In this document: one piece after another, positions 63,696 to 64,000 of the stretch
Numbering within the stretch: position 1 is the stretch's first letter
Layout of the letters: each line of letters opens with the position of its first letter
DNA from: Zygnema circumcarinatum SAG 698-1b
Taxonomy: Eukaryota > Plantae > Zygnematophyceae
Length of the DNA: 64,000 nt
Assembly (NCBI GenBank): GCA_037447605.1
Contig: CM074821.1
Coordinates: 496,001 to 560,000 of the forward strand
Direction of reading: 5' to 3'
Notes under the pieces: generated by a model
Database searches by the model: none
Told to the model about the DNA's origin: nothing
What the model saw: only the letters and a program-made list of their open reading frames with translations
Program-made: the position numbers and the translations under genes

Positions 63696-64000
63696 GTGAG
63701 GGAGAGAGAGAGAGAGAGGTGAGGGAGAGAGAGAGAGAGGTGAGGGAGAGAGAGGGAGGTGAGGGAGAGAGAGGGGTGAGAGAGAGAGAGAGAGGTGAGG
63801 GAGAGAGAGAGGTGAGGGAGGGAGAGGGAGAGAGTGAGGGAGAGAGAGGAGAGGTGAGAGAGAGAGGTGAGGGAGAGCTCGAGGTGAGGGAGAGAGAGAG
63901 GTGAGGGAGAGAGAGAGGTGAGGGAGAGAGAGAGGTGAGGGAGAGAGAGAGGTGAGGGAGAGAGAGAGAGGTGAGGGAGAGAGAGAGTTGAGGGAGAGAG

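Overview
This is an intron-rich eukaryotic genomic window with plant-type genes and introns full of GA/CT tracts and telomere-like repeats. It is probably from a streptophyte green alga or another non-seed plant; the species cannot be fixed from sequence alone. I traced nine spliced genes by hand through their splice junctions: RGP/UDP-arabinopyranose mutase-like (-), a PES/ELT-type esterase-acyltransferase (+), APC6/CDC16 (-), CYP51 (+), a SEC1/KEULE-like SM protein (-), TIM17 (+), a very large EIN2 (-), allantoinase (-, interrupted by a scaffold gap) and an R3H-associated-domain protein (+, runs off the window). Most long ORFs in the supplied track are microsatellite artefacts. The best leads are four. 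(1) EIN2 has a linker roughly 700 aa longer than in Arabidopsis, and its poly-Pro block lies inside a 636-nt in-frame GT-AG segment (candidate exitron). (2) The RGP keeps its metal ligands but has lost the autoglycosylated Arg (FVRGYP to FVACYP). (3) The CYP51 has an unusually altered substrate-recognition site. (4) Several small repeats are present: a 277-bp MITE with 20-bp TIRs, a 190-nt foldback with homologues 53 kb away, and a ~227-bp element shared by intron 1 of two lipid genes. Homology calls rest on remembered family motifs; no database search was run.
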